The notes under the pieces: generated by a model
Databases searched by the model: none
Told to the model about the DNA's origin: nothing
The model's input: only the letters and a program-made list of their open reading frames with translations
Position numbers and translations under genes: made by a program
Shown here: in pieces, positions 1 through 15,607 of the stretch
How positions within the stretch are numbered: the stretch's first letter is position 1
Layout of the letters: every line of letters begins with the position of its first letter
From: Octopus vulgaris
Lineage: Eukaryota
Assembly: GCA_951406725.2 (NCBI GenBank)
Contig: OX597825.1
Coordinates: 78,244,001-78,308,000 of the forward strand
Direction of reading: 5' to 3'
DNA: 64,000 nucleotides

Positions 1-67
<67 letters not shown>

Positions 68-569
68 CGTCTGTCACTTCACGCCGACTGAACGTAGTAA
101 CAACGTTCTATGGACAGAGAAGATGTATTTCCCTATTCAAAGTTTTAAATCATTTTTCGAAGTTTCTGCCCCACATATTCAGTAGGAGGTGTTGTGATAT
201 CAAATTACAGCAGGAGGCCCTACAGTCTATATATCGTTATATACACTCCCTGCTTTTATTGTAGGCTGCAGACGATAGCTGGCTGTTTTTGGTTGTGGTA
301 GAGTTGCATACACTATATATGGAATGTTGAAAACTTTCCACATATATAAGCCAGTGGTATACATATACATTAATGTGTATATGCATGTATGTACGTACGT
401 ATGGATGTATGTATGTATGTATGTATGTATGTATGTGTGTGTATGTATGTATGTGTGTGTGTATGTATGTATGTGTGTGTGTGTATGTATGTATGTATGT
501 ATGTATGTGTGTGTGTATGTATGTATGTATGTATGTATGTATGTATGTATGTATGTATGTATGTATGTA

Positions 570-602
<33 letters not shown>

Positions 603-788
603 ATGTATGTATGTATGTATGTATGTATGTATGTATGTATGACTGATCAAATGCTCTGGGACACTTTCCTGTGCATGTATATAAGAATTTTAAATCAAAT
701 TTCACTTATTTTGAAACTTATTAATAATATTAAAGAAAAGAATATATTTCGAAACTTACAGGCAACTCTCAATTCATTTATAACTAAC

Positions 789-826
<38 letters not shown>

Positions 827-985
827 GTATATAACACAGCAAAGGCAGACAGAGCAACACATATACACACACTCAGACACACACACACATAGTAATGTAA
901 ATAAACATACTATGTTTATATAGATATACACACACCACATGCATATATATATGTATATATGTGTGTGTATACATATATATATATG

Positions 986-1053
<68 letters not shown>

Positions 1054-1829
1054 TGCATATATATATACGTATATATGCATTGGTACCTGTACATATATGA
1101 TTGTGCGTATATATATGAGTGTGTGTGTGTGTGAGTATTGCGTCATACCACAACCATGGTTAGTATGACACTAAATAGGCCATCGATTTGCCAGAAATAG
1201 CAACCGAATTTTACTTGAAACCAGCATCGGAACACACCCGTCGTTAATAATACATCAAATGACACATGGAAAGATACAAACGAAATGTCATCAAGTATGG
1301 ATAACATAATGACTGGATGGTCACGGCTGGAGAGCATTTGATCATAAGTGTACTGGATCGGCATTGACATAGAGTCAAACAACAAGAACAACAACGAATT
1401 ATTCGCAGAAGGACAGACGAAAAGGCTGGAGATCCATAATTAATCCACCCAAATTTTAATTGCTTTCATAGTAAGACGTTATCGGAGGGAATGTAGCAGA
1501 TGGTAATCCAGAGACAACGTCTTCGATTTTGCGTTAGCGTTAATAACGAAAAGTAAACATAAGTGAAATAAACAATATATATCATTTAACCAGTGAGTGC
1601 TCCAGCATGAGCACAAATCCTACTATAATGAATTAACTTAGACATACAGAAACGTATATATATGTGTGTGTGTATGAGTGTGTGTGTGTGTGTATGAGTG
1701 TGTGTGTGTGTGTGTGTGTAATAGAAGCACATATGCGTACACATACAAAAAGGAGACTTCCCCAAGGTGCCACGCAGGGTGACTGAACCGGAACCGTGTG
1801 GTTGACAAGCAAGCTTCTTACCACACAGC

Positions 1830-1915
<86 letters not shown>

Positions 1916-1935
1916 CACATATCTATATGTATATA

Positions 1936-1978
<43 letters not shown>

Positions 1979-2059
1979 CATATATATACATATACGTATA
2001 TATGTATATACATATACATATATATATGTTTATATATGTACATATGTAAGTAGGTATAA

Positions 2060-2093
<34 letters not shown>

Positions 2094-2095
2094 GC

Positions 2096-2141
<46 letters not shown>

Positions 2142-2836
2142 ATATATATGCGTGTGTATGTCCGCGCGTGTGCGCGTGTGAATGAAATTGTGTAGATATA
2201 CGCACACACGTGTACATATATGGATAGAGATAGATAGGTATATACAGAGAGAGAGAGAGAGAGAGAGAGAAGTAGATAGACAAGCATCTGTACATCTGTA
2301 GATGAGCATGTGTTTGTGTGTGAATGTCTATGAATATATATATATATGTATGCATATATACATACACACACATACATATATATATATACATCGTGTGTGT
2401 ATTCCCGCTTATGAACAAATATTGGTGTGCGTATGTGTATGTATATATGTATGTGTATATACACATACATATATATGCATGAACACGCACAAAGTTGGAT
2501 TCTAATATGCATGACTGACTGCGTGGAGGACATTTCTATAGAATGACAGGTAAAGGAATACGCACACAGCAAATGGCAAAGATCAATAGGGAGATCGATA
2601 GAGGCTAATCGATACTGGTAACCGAAATAGCGTTCGTTTTTACATCTTACACGTTGCTGCGTTTACAGCTGACGGGACATAATTATCGATGACAACACGC
2701 GCGCATGTCAGAGCATATACACACACATATATATATATATATACATATATAAAAACATGCACACATTTATATATATGTACACACACATATACATGTATAC
2801 ATATAGATAAATATATACACAAACAAAAATATATTC

Positions 2837-2870
<34 letters not shown>

Positions 2871-2872
2871 GC

Positions 2873-2955
<83 letters not shown>

Positions 2956-3239
2956 CATATAGACACACATATATAGGTAGATAGATACATACCTACATAC
3001 ATACTTATATACAGATATACATATATATGTATATATATATATATATATACATGTATATATGTGTGTATGTGTGTGTGCTTATATATACAGATATATACAT
3101 ACATAGTGCCAAATATGCCTTCATATATATATATATGTATGTATGTATATATAAAATTATATATATATAAATATACTATGCACACAAATACACGCATACA
3201 CACACACTCGCACATGTATAGATATTTATACAAATATAC

Positions 3240-3290
<51 letters not shown>

Positions 3291-3784
3291 GTGCGTGTTT
3301 ATATATATATATATACATGCACATTTTCGTACATATATATAGTAACATATAGAGAAAGCTATCGAAGTTAAAATGTAAACGAATGTATACGTAGAGAATA
3401 TTCGATTCCAGGGAAAAAGTTACATAATTTAATAGATTTTGAAAACATCTTACACAAAACTCTAAATTTCTTGTCTTTCGGTATTGATACGTATAAATGT
3501 ACACATGTATGCATATATGTATACGTCTGTCTTGGGGAAGATATTGAAATTCGGTTACTGTTGGAAAGTTTGGTTTAAGACTAAGAACGGAATGAACGCT
3601 GGGAAGGAAACCCAAGTTTATGGTAAAATTTAATTTGATAGAAGCCTTTAATTTCACCTAACCAGTTATTTTAGATAAATGGTTGAGTATACCGTCAACC
3701 GAAGCTCGGAGTCCCTATCAGCTCCAACTATATATGTTTGTACGCATATATATGTATGTCTGTATGCGTACATGTGTATGTATG

Positions 3785-3842
<58 letters not shown>

Positions 3843-3904
3843 ATATATATATACATAAATAGATACATATATACTTACATACATAGATGCATGCATACAT
3901 AAAC

Positions 3905-3947
<43 letters not shown>

Positions 3948-4253
3948 CCCACGTGTATGCATCATACATTCTATATTCCATATTTATATATGAAAGATGG
4001 TCATGTGCATATATATGTGTGTGTGTGTGTGTATATATATATACATATGCGTACATACATATAAACATATACACGAGAATGTATTTATATATATATACTT
4101 CCGCACACATACATATACATTCATGTACACAGAGATATGCATATCTAAATATATGTATATATTCGTATGTATATACATATATATACATATATGTGTGTGT
4201 GTGTGTGTGTGTGTACATATATGAGTGTGTGTATATAAATGTATATGCGTATG

Positions 4254-4299
<46 letters not shown>

Positions 4300-4306
4300 T
4301 ATATAC

Positions 4307-4337
<31 letters not shown>

Positions 4338-4404
4338 CACATATATATATATATATGTATATATATGTATATATATACATATATATACACATATATACAC
4401 ATAT

Positions 4405-4468
<64 letters not shown>

Positions 4469-4833
4469 TTCATATGTTGGACTAATGGGTATGTGTCAAT
4501 TAGTGTGTTGAAATGTTGAGTAAAGCACTGGCACGGTTTGGGCTACCTGGTGTCATCCACAGTTGGGGTACATTTCCGTTGGATCAGCTTCAGGAATTCC
4601 ACAGTGTTTCTTGAGATAATAATAATTGATTAAGTAACCAGAAGACGAGTTTGGTATTATCCTTTGTTTTGTACGATGATCGCCTTGCCCCATATATATA
4701 CATACATACATATATATGTAGTAACATAATTCTTTATAGAACAGTCATGATACAGTGGCAAGAAAATGTTACAGTGTAGTATTGTTATTATTTATAATCC
4801 CTTTAGAGATTTCAGACCTAGCTATTTAGCTCG

Positions 4834-4930
<97 letters not shown>

Positions 4931-4931
<1 letters not shown>

Positions 4932-5180
4932 AAAGGTAGGAGAGTCCAGTTTGCTGGACATTGTTGTAGAGCTGAAAAAGAAGTAATTTCTACTCTTCTC
5001 CTCTGGAAGCCATCTACACGCAATACCAGAGGGCGCACACTCTCCTACCCTGATGTAATCTCCAGGGATACAGGCATGCAGCAACAGGACCTCCGTAATG
5101 CCATGATGGACCGTGAAGTCTGGCGTAGCATGGTAAATTCCATTGTCTCGACCACGGTCGAACAATGATGATGATGATGA
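4931..5180 (+). mobile_element. 5'-truncated non-LTR retrotransposon 3' end (RTE-like) with (TGA)n tail
   Basis: [11 protein letters not shown]…LLLWKP…GR…Y.DVI.RDTG…[11 protein letters not shown] peptide, stop, then a (TGA)n tail; inserted in (TA)n. Confidence 0.8.
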
Positions 5181-5282
5181 TATATGCATGTTTGTGTGTA
5201 TGTATGCATACATGCATGCATACATGCATGTATGTATGTACGTATGTATGTATGTATGTATGTATGTATGTATGTATGTATA

Positions 5283-5333
<51 letters not shown>

Positions 5334-5462
5334 TAGAGGAAAAGGCTACCAAAACTAAGGCAGGACAAATGTCTCAAGTCATTTATAATAATAATAATTA
5401 TAATAATAATAATAATAATTATAACAACAACAACAACAACAATAATAATAATAATAATAATA

Positions 5463-5510
<48 letters not shown>

Positions 5511-6117
5511 TAATAATAATAATAAATAATAATAATAACAATAATAATAATAATAATAATAATAACAACAATTATAATAAAATATTATGTGTGTGTGTGT
5601 TTGTGTGTGTAGAGAGAGATTGACAGACTGACAGACAGAGAGACAGACACACACAGACAGACAGACAGTCATACATATATGCATATATACATACAATGCT
5701 TTCATTTATCCATGAGTAAAACTTAGTCAACACTGAGAGTTCACACATTTACAGATCCGTATTCAAATTGAGCCGAGCATTTTCTCTCTGAACTGTTAAC
5801 CTCAAAAAAGATATATTATATGTAGGAATTTTTCTGCCGATCAAGTGTCTGGACACGGTGTTTCTGAATAATACAATGCTAAAAAGTGGAATTGAAGTGC
5901 GACCACGCTGGGGCATTGCCATGAAGGGGTTTAGTCGAACAAGTCGATCTCAGTGTTAATTTTTGAAGCTTAGTACTTATTTCATTGGGCTCTTATGCTG
6001 AACCGCTAGATACGGGAACGTTAACAAAGCAACACCGGTTGCCAAGTGTTGGGTATAATGACACAGACAAAAAGATTATGCATGCATATGCGCACGCATA
6101 TATGTATGTGTGTATGT

Positions 6118-6408
<291 letters not shown>

Positions 6409-6419
6409 AGTATGAATGT

Positions 6420-6463
<44 letters not shown>

Positions 6464-6972
6464 ACACGCACACTGGCTTAAAAGCTGCCCCATCTGGCGG
6501 CTGTTAAGCTAGCTCCTGTGGAGGGCTCTTCATTAGGCCTTGGGCCCAACAATGACACTTCATGCATTGAGTACATATTAAATTTTATTGAAACAATGAA
6601 TTAATTTGTTGACTTGGTACTTATTGGCAAAGTTGCATGATAAACTATAGTACCTCCACCATCGCCACCACATCTGCAACACACACATCATTCAGACACC
6701 TGACGCCACTACCACCAATACCTTTGAATTCGCCGCCTTCTCCTCCATCACCATCTCCACTGTCTTTCACATCACGCACTCTCACCGTCATCACTGACCC
6801 CCTCAGCTACCACCACTACCACCACCACCACCATCATCACCGCCGTCTCCCCCTCTATCACAACTACAGCTCATACTATTACTATCATTCAATTACCATA
6901 ATAAAAGGCTAAAAGTGTGTGTAATGTCCGTCTGTATGTTGGCTCAGTGTTCAGTCCCTCTTTCTCTCACAT

Positions 6973-7009
<37 letters not shown>

Positions 7010-7390
7010 ATTACTCCCACTGCCACCATCAACGCTTCTACTTTTAATAAAAACAGCATCAACTCTCCCTAAATTCCTTTGTCTCCCTTTCTCTCTTTTT
7101 CTTTCCTTCTCCCTCTCTCTGTCTGTCTTCGCCACCGCCATCACCGTCCCTATACCTACTATTACTCTCACCCAACCATGAGCAATTGTAGAAGTGTCAA
7201 TGAATAGTGAGAGAGGGGGTCAAAGTGTAACACACTGACACACAGAAATTAGTTTTCGCATTTATTAAATTCGATATAACTATACATACATTCATACATA
7301 CATACATAAATACATACATATATATACATATATATGCATATATATGCATATATGTGTATATATGCATATATATGCATGTATGTATGTATG

Positions 7391-7437
<47 letters not shown>

Positions 7438-7611
7438 TCAAAGGAATTCCAACTTCGATTTTGACGTTTTATTTACAATCTTATAATAATATAAGATAAT
7501 ATAATGAAATGATAGAATATTAAATGAAGATTGCATTGTTTAAGGCATGAAACTACTAGTTCAATCAAAGAGAGAAAGATTGACAGAGAGACAGACAGAC
7601 AGACAGACAGG

Positions 7612-7725
<114 letters not shown>

Positions 7726-8680
7726 TTAGAAATATGAATGCGATAAAATGTTCTGTAGAGAATTTGCGTGGCACTCGCAAAGCTCAAAGTTGTTGCTGAG
7801 TAATTTCAAGGAAATACTATAATAAAAACGTGTCTGTATGCGCTTGGGTCAGATATGGAACGTCTTAATGTCATGCTAACATGGCGAATGGATTAATGTG
7901 TGTATGTGTGTGTGTGTATTAAAGTGTGAAGGAATGAGAGAAAGAAAGAAGGAAAGAAAGAAAGAATAAAAGATCGGGAAAATTACGCACACACACACAC
8001 ACACACGCGCATGTACACACACTCATAAATGGTACTCCGTCGGTAACGACGATGAGAATTCCAGGTGATCCCTATCAACGAAACAGTACCCTTAACGTCT
8101 AATTAATATTGGTTTCAAATGTAAGCACAAGGCCTGCAGTTTCGATAGAGGTCTCAAGTGTATTACATCGACCCCCAGTGTTTCACTGGTACTTAATTTA
8201 TCGACCCCGAAAGGATGAAAGGCAAAGTCGACCTCGGCGGAATTTGACCTCAGAACATAAAGCCGGATGACATACCGCTAAGCATTTCGTCCGGCGTGCT
8301 AACGATTCCATCCGCTCGCGGCCTTCATGTGTCATAATACTCCGTGTAAGTGAAGGAATGATGGGGCGGGGGGGAGCTGGCAGAAAGGTTAGCACGCCGG
8401 ATAAAGTGCTTAGCGGCATTTCGTCCGTCTTTACATTTTAAATTCAAAATCCACCGAGGTCGACTTTGCCTTTCATCTCATCGGGTTCGATAAAGTAAGT
8501 AACTGTTATGCACTGGGGTCGATATAATCGACTTGATCGCTCACCGAGATTGCTGGCCTTGTGTCGAAATTAGAAATTGATATTCTGTGTTAGTGCATGC
8601 GCATGCGTGTGTATGTGTCTGCTTACTCGTGCATGCGCATGCGTGTGTGTATGAATGTTTATGGGTATGTGTCTATAGTG

Positions 8681-9001
8681 GCGGCACGTGGCTTAGTGGT
8701 TAGGGTAATTGGCTCATGATCGTAAGGTCCTGAGTTCGATACCCTGCCACGCGTTATGGCCTTGATGAAGACACTTTTTTTAACGTTGCTCCAGGCTGCT
8801 CAGCTGGCAAACACGAGTAGCACCCGTATTTCAAAGAGCAAGCCTTGTCGCATCCCGTATCACGGTGAAATCTCCCTGGCAATTACGCCAGGGGTAGACG
8901 TGTGTCTATGATGTACTCAACCACTTGCACGTTAATTTGACGAGCAGGCTGTTCCAATGATCGGATCAGCTGGAAAACTCGTCGTCGTAATCGACGGAGT
9001 G
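8681..9001 (+). mobile_element. tRNA-derived SINE family C; inverted copy at ~9957-10282(-), others at ~42603-42760 and 59617-59935
   Basis: tggcttagtggttaggg…gagttcgatacc head and shared body (cagctggcaaa…gagtag…cacttgcacgttaattt). Confidence 0.8.
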
Positions 9002-9163
9002 CTATTTATGAGTGTGCGTGTGTGTGTGCGTGTGTGTGTGTGTGTGTGTGTTTGTGTGCGTCTGTATGTGTGTCTGTATGTGTGACTGTCATCGTAATAT
9101 GCTGTGTGTTTATGTGCTTCTGGTATTGTACGTGTGTGAATGGAAGCGTGTGTCTGGGTACCT

Positions 9164-9219
<56 letters not shown>

Positions 9220-9465
9220 CATGTATTTCTCTCGTCCTAACAAGCTGTGTGTACAATGTGTGTGTAATGACAGCGATTGATTGCGTACATGTTCGTATAT
9301 GCCTCTGTGTGTATATGTATGTGTGTGTGTGTGTGTCCTAGCACGATACGCGTGTGCATGTGTTTGTGTAAGAGTGTGCATGGCTGAGAGTGTAGATATA
9401 TGTATACATGTGTGTGAGTGTGTGGAGGAGGATGAGTGTGTTTCATTGTCGCCTTTACTTGCTGC

Positions 9466-9512
<47 letters not shown>

Positions 9513-9777
9513 TATTTCTGTGTCTCTATGTGCGTGTACGTGTATGTACGCATGTATGCATCTATGTATGTGTGTGTACGTTAGTTTGTTGCACCGAGAA
9601 CCGGGTGGAGACGTATGAATAACATTTCGGATCACCTCCAGAAACACCAACATTTCTTACTTCCTTACGTGAACCTTAATGGTCAATTTTGACCGGGTTT
9701 TCAAAATCTTTATTTAATACAGTATATTCTAAATATGAGTAAAGGATTTCAAAATAGTCATTTAGTATTTATTTACG

Positions 9778-9848
<71 letters not shown>

Positions 9849-10282
9849 AAATACAAAATGGGACAAGAACGCAAAACATTCAAATAGATGACACAAAACA
9901 AAAAACGGACGGGTCATTCGAAGTCTCTAATCTTCAATATATATATATATAAAGGAGCACTCCGTCGGTTACGACGACGAGGGTCCCAGCTGATACGATC
10001 AACGGAACAGCTTGCTCGTAAAAATTAACGTGCAAGTGGCTGAGCACTCCACAAACACGTGTACCCTTAACGTAGTTCTCAGGGAGATTCAGCGTGACAC
10101 AGAGTGTGACAAAGCCGGTCCTTTGAAATACGGGTACTACTCATGTTTGCAAGCCGAATGGACTGGGGCAACGTGAAATAAAGTATCTTGCTCAAGGGCA
10201 CAACGCGTCGCCCGGTCCAGGAATCGAAACCAGAATCTTACGATCATGATGCTAACACCCTAACCACTAAGCCACGCGCCTC

Positions 10283-10379
<97 letters not shown>

Positions 10380-10960
10380 AATGGTGCTCGTGGTTGCACA
10401 TTCAATACAGTCGTAGAAATGAGAAAGTGAAAAGCAAAAGTTCTGTACGTGTGTTGTTAAATCTTACGATTGTTGGTGGTGCACACACACGAACACACAG
10501 ACGGCGCCTTGGAACAACAGAAGCAAAGGTATAACCGTTTAACGAACACTCGCCCTCAATCGGGGAAAAACACATATTTGCCGACACATGTCATACATGT
10601 ACACACACACACACTCACACACACACACACAACACACACATACATACACATACACAGGAACACACACACACATTAATGTTTACATGTGAATATATAAACG
10701 AATATATCCCTACGTATGCTTGTTACATGCATGCATATGTATATATATATATGTGTGTGTGTGTGATACATCTGCATGTTCGGCACCGTTCATAAAGTAC
10801 GGTACTTCGTCTTAAGGACACACACACACACACACAAAAACCTTGTACTCGTATACAGAAATACACACACGCACGCGCGCACGTGTGTGTGTGTGTGTGC
10901 ATGAGATTGTATTTGATGGGGGAGAATTCCTTTGTGCATTCACTTGTATCGTTGTGTATT

Positions 10961-11018
<58 letters not shown>

Positions 11019-11234
11019 TGTGTGTGTGTTTGTGTGTGTGTGTGTCATTGAGATGCTATTTGAAATTTCTCTTCTCTGTTACTCCGGAATTATAGAGACA
11101 AAAGACACGGTGACAGGAACAGAGAAGATTGAGAGGGGGAAGGAGGAAGGAAGAGAGGAGACACTGACAGACAGACAAACAGACAGAAATAGAGGTTTGT
11201 AAACGGATATAGAAACAAAGCGTAACAGATATAC

Positions 11235-11277
<43 letters not shown>

Positions 11278-11882
11278 CATACATACATACATCCATACAT
11301 ACATACATACATAAACACGTGCGCACACGCGCATATACCATACATCGTACAATTGTTTACATGCCGGCAAATGATCCGAGGGAGAGCTAACGATTGAAAC
11401 ATGCTGTTTCATAATAATAATAATAATAATAATAACAATAACAATAATAGTGTAAACAAACGAAAATAATAATAATCATCATCGTCGTCATCATCATCAT
11501 CATCATCAACATAGACATAATAATAATGGTAATAATAATCTTATTTTATTGGTCACAAGAGCAACATGCTTGCACAACAATACAATACATTATAAACCAT
11601 AATTTGTACACATGCATGTGAGTGTAAGTGTGTGTGTATGTGTGTGTGTATGTGTGTGTGTATGTGTGTGTGTATGTGTGTGTGTATGTGTTTGTGTATG
11701 TGTGTGTGTATGTGTGTGTGTGTATGTGTGTGTATGTGTGTGTGTATGTGTGTGTGTATGTGTGTGTGTGTGTGTATGTGTGTGTATGTGTGTGTGTGTG
11801 TGGGTGCGTGTAAACAAACGAAAATTGGATATCACAATTATAAGTAATTACTGAATAACCTCGCATATACTCAAATGCATAT

Positions 11883-11965
<83 letters not shown>

Positions 11966-12085
11966 TGCATTTATGTATGTATATACTTTATTATAAAAGC
12001 TGCAAAAAAACATCACAAAATATCACGATAAACTGGTATTCAGAGAGTTTCACGTTCCCTTTCGTAGGACAGTTTACATCAATTG

Positions 12086-12156
<71 letters not shown>

Positions 12157-12826
12157 TATATATATATATGTATATATATGTATATGGGTATGTTGATTAG
12201 AACAAGAAAAATAGAAGCCAAAATGAGAGTATATGTATATTTTTATTAACATTTAGCAGAATAACAAGAGTAATTTAGGGTCCGACACTTTCGTGCGTTT
12301 GGCTCTCATTTAAAAGCACGAAACACCCGGACCTTGAGCCATCTATACCTTCTGCTAAATATTTATAAAAATATAGATGTGTATATATATATATATGTCT
12401 GGATGTATATGTATTTGTGTGCATGCGTATATATATATATATATTGTGTGTATGTGTTTGTGTGTGTGTATGTATACATGCTTGAATCGAACTCGTAACA
12501 TAATTATATAAAATCATAACTTTGCTTCTGTAGTACAAAACGAACGTGTGTGTGTGAGTATGTGTGTGTGTGTGTGTGTGTGTACATATACAAATACATG
12601 TATATGCATACACATACACATGCATCACTCCTTACATATTTACATATACGCAAACACGCAGACACAGACACAGACACACACATGTATACATATATCTATA
12701 TACATGTGTGCGTTTGTAAACATGTATTTTATGAGCGAAAGAGAAACAGACAGGCACACAGATATCTATGCATGCATATCTGTACATACATACATACATA
12801 CATACATACATACATACATACATACA

Positions 12827-12859
<33 letters not shown>

Positions 12860-12972
12860 GCAAATATGAATGCAAATCCCCGTTTGTTTTTGTATAAAGT
12901 CATACGTACGTACGTATGCTATAGTTAAGCATGTACGTACGTAAGTACGTTTGCATGTATGTACGTGTATAT

Positions 12973-13068
<96 letters not shown>

Positions 13069-13478
13069 GCATAAACATGCAAAAACAGTGCAGATATATA
13101 TAACGTGTGTGTGTACATACATACGTATGCAATATACAAATATATATATATACATAAATAATAATAAATCTCTGAACGAGGTATATACTTCACATATATA
13201 TAAATATATTTTTAAAAAGAATCCGAAGATTAAAATATTTTTAATCTTCGGATTCTTTTAAATATGTTAGACCACTGGTTTTAATTGACTAATATCAATT
13301 TCTACCCTTAATTAATTTTATATATATAAATATATATATATTGATATACATTAGTATTTACGTATTTTTGTATACACATACTTTTATGTATACACACACG
13401 TGTGTATGTTTGGTGTGCGTGTTGATAAGATATAGACAGAAGGCGATGTGTATATATGGTTTTTCTCAAAGTACTTAC

Positions 13479-13682
13479 AACTCGAATTAGTTGCGATATC
13501 CGAAGTCCTAACCGGACAAGCAGTATGGCGTTGTCTCCGGCCGGTCTGACCAGCCTGTTGTACTCCTTTGTGTTCATTATGTAATTGTACACTCTCATGG
13601 CACTGGGGCTGGCCGTGACCCCTACTAAAAGGGTCCAGAGCAACGACCAGGTTATGCCGAAGGTCCGCGAAAGTTGCACCAT
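13479..13682 (-). CDS. First coding exon of a nicotinic acetylcholine receptor-like (Cys-loop ligand-gated channel) subunit; gene continues off the left edge
   Basis: MVQLSRTFGITWSLLWTLLVGVTA (signal-peptide-like) SPSAMRVYNYIMNTKEYNRLVRPAGDNAILLVRLGLRISQLIRV; the YN.LVRP and V.LGL..SQLI.V motifs are typical of the nAChR N-terminus; phase-0 donor GTAAGT at the usual intron position after QLI.V. Confidence 0.88.
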
Positions 13683-14412
13683 TGTCACGGCTCTTTTTTG
13701 CTTTGTTTTGCTTTGTTGTTGTTGTTCTTTTTTTATTTCTGTATATTTATATATTTATGTATTGTTTTTTTCTCTCTCTTTTTTTTTTGTTTTGTTTTGG
13801 CGGGGAATGGACGAACGATGGTTGGGTCGGGGGGTATGTTGGGGTGGCGGGATGAGGAGAACGTTGAAGAAAGGAAGGAGGAAAAAAAGAAAGACAGAGA
13901 GAAAGAGAGGGAAAGGAAGAAAGCGAGTTGTGATGACAAATTATGTAGGATGTGTGTGTGTGTGTGCGTGTGTACGTGTGTGTGCGTGCGTGTGTGTGAG
14001 TGTGTGTGTTTGTGTGTGTGTGTGTATGTGCGTAGCGTAGTGGTTACATGGTGTAGAGTCTTGTTGTGGTTTGGGCAGCAGTAGCCGTCGATGGTTAGGA
14101 TGGATGTACGTGGTGTGGTAGTGGTGCTGGTGCAGGCGGTGGTGGCGGTGCGGATAATGGTGAGGGAGGAGTTGAGTGAGATTGTTGCTGATGTTGTCGA
14201 TGTTAATGCTGTTGCTGCTGCTGCTGCTGCTGTTACAGTTGTTGTTGCTGCTGATGGCGGCGGCGGCGATGGTGGTTGTGGTGGTGGTGGTAGTATTTCG
14301 GGAGGAGGCCAATTTTGATGATGCTATTCTTGACGTTGATAGATAGACAGACAGAGAGAGAGAGAGACAGACAGACAGACAAACTGACAGACAGACAAAC
14401 TCATAGATGGAC

Positions 14413-14444
<32 letters not shown>

Positions 14445-14779
14445 AGAGTGAAAGAGAGAGAGAAAGAGTGAGAGAGAGAGAGAGGGTTGGCTGTCAAAGT
14501 GGGTGAATGGTTGGATGGAAGGACGGAAGGAAGGATGGAGAAATAGTTATAGTTGTTAGTGGTGGTGGTGGTGGTGGTGGTGCTAGTGGTGACAATGGCC
14601 ACTGTAGCAGTGGACGGAAAACCTCGACGCGGTAGTGGCAATAATTATAGCAGAAGTGGTGGTGGTGGTGGTGGTGGTGGGGGTGGTAGTGGAGGTGGTG
14701 GTGGTGGTGGCGGTGGTAGGGGTGGTAGTGGTGGTGGTGGTGGTGGTGGTGGTGGTAGGGGGGTGGTAGTGGAGGTGGT

Positions 14780-14879
14780 NNNNNNNNNNNNNNNNNNNNN
14801 NNNNNNNNNNNNNNNNNNNNNNNNNNNNNNNNNNNNNNNNNNNNNNNNNNNNNNNNNNNNNNNNNNNNNNNNNNNNNNN
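14780..14879. other. Assembly gap (100 N) following a (GGT)n tract
   Basis: N run; the true distance between the nAChR-like gene and NOP2 is therefore unknown. Confidence 0.99.
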
Positions 14880-15320
14880 TGCTGCCATGGGTTGAACGGT
14901 TTGACTGAGGACTGGCAAGCCAGATGGCTGCACAAGGCTCCAAATCTTGATCTGGCAGAGTTTCTACAGCTGGATTCCCTTCCTAACGCCAACCACTTTG
15001 AGAGTGTAGTGGGTGCTTTTACATACCACCAGCACCAGAGCCAGTCAGGCAGTACTGGCAACGGCCACACTCGAATGGTGCTTTTTACGTGCCAACTGCA
15101 CAGGAGCCAGTCCGACAGCACTGGCAACGACCTTGCTTGAATATTGTTTTTCACGTACCACTCGCACAAGTGCGAGTAAGGTGACGCTGGGAACAATGAT
15201 GCTCGAATGGTGCTTTTTACATGCCACTGGCACGGGAGCCAGTCAGCAGCCCTGACAACGATCATGCTCGGATGGTGCTCTTAGCACTCCACTAGCATGG
15301 ATGCCAGTCATCGAATTTGA
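14880..15320 (-). mobile_element. Short interspersed repeat family D ((CAT)n/(GAT)n-tailed, internally repeated); many copies, e.g. 34535-34980, 37785-37922, 52070-52400 and 55575-55743
   Basis: Recurrent catgggttggacggtttgac…ctacagctggatgcccttcctaacgccaaccact. Confidence 0.75.
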
Positions 15321-15607
15321 TTTCAATTTCAACTAATGGTTGTTAGAACTTTTCTGGATGTAATACATACATATAGATTGCATATACCCGACATGCTTAA
15401 TGCAAAAACAACCTGTAGAGTGTGACAGTTAATAAAATGGAAATGAAATTTTAAAATTTATTCTTTCTGAGTGGCCTGGTGCCAAATGATTCACTGCCTG
15501 GTACTGGTCTGTTGCCAGGTATTCGGAGACATCTCAACTCAGGTTTTGTGAATGGCATTTGGTAGATTGAAACTGTGCAGCAGACCACCAAACGTGTGTG
15601 TGTTTAA

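Noticed and set aside
3672-3720. GGTTGA/TCAACC hairpin followed by GAAGC…GTC
   Set aside because: Possible very decayed hammerhead, but both core motifs are mutated and stem I is absent; unsupported.
14553-15265. Gly/Pro/His-rich ORFs spanning the gap
   Set aside because: (GGT)n simple repeat plus N gap plus SINE sequence.
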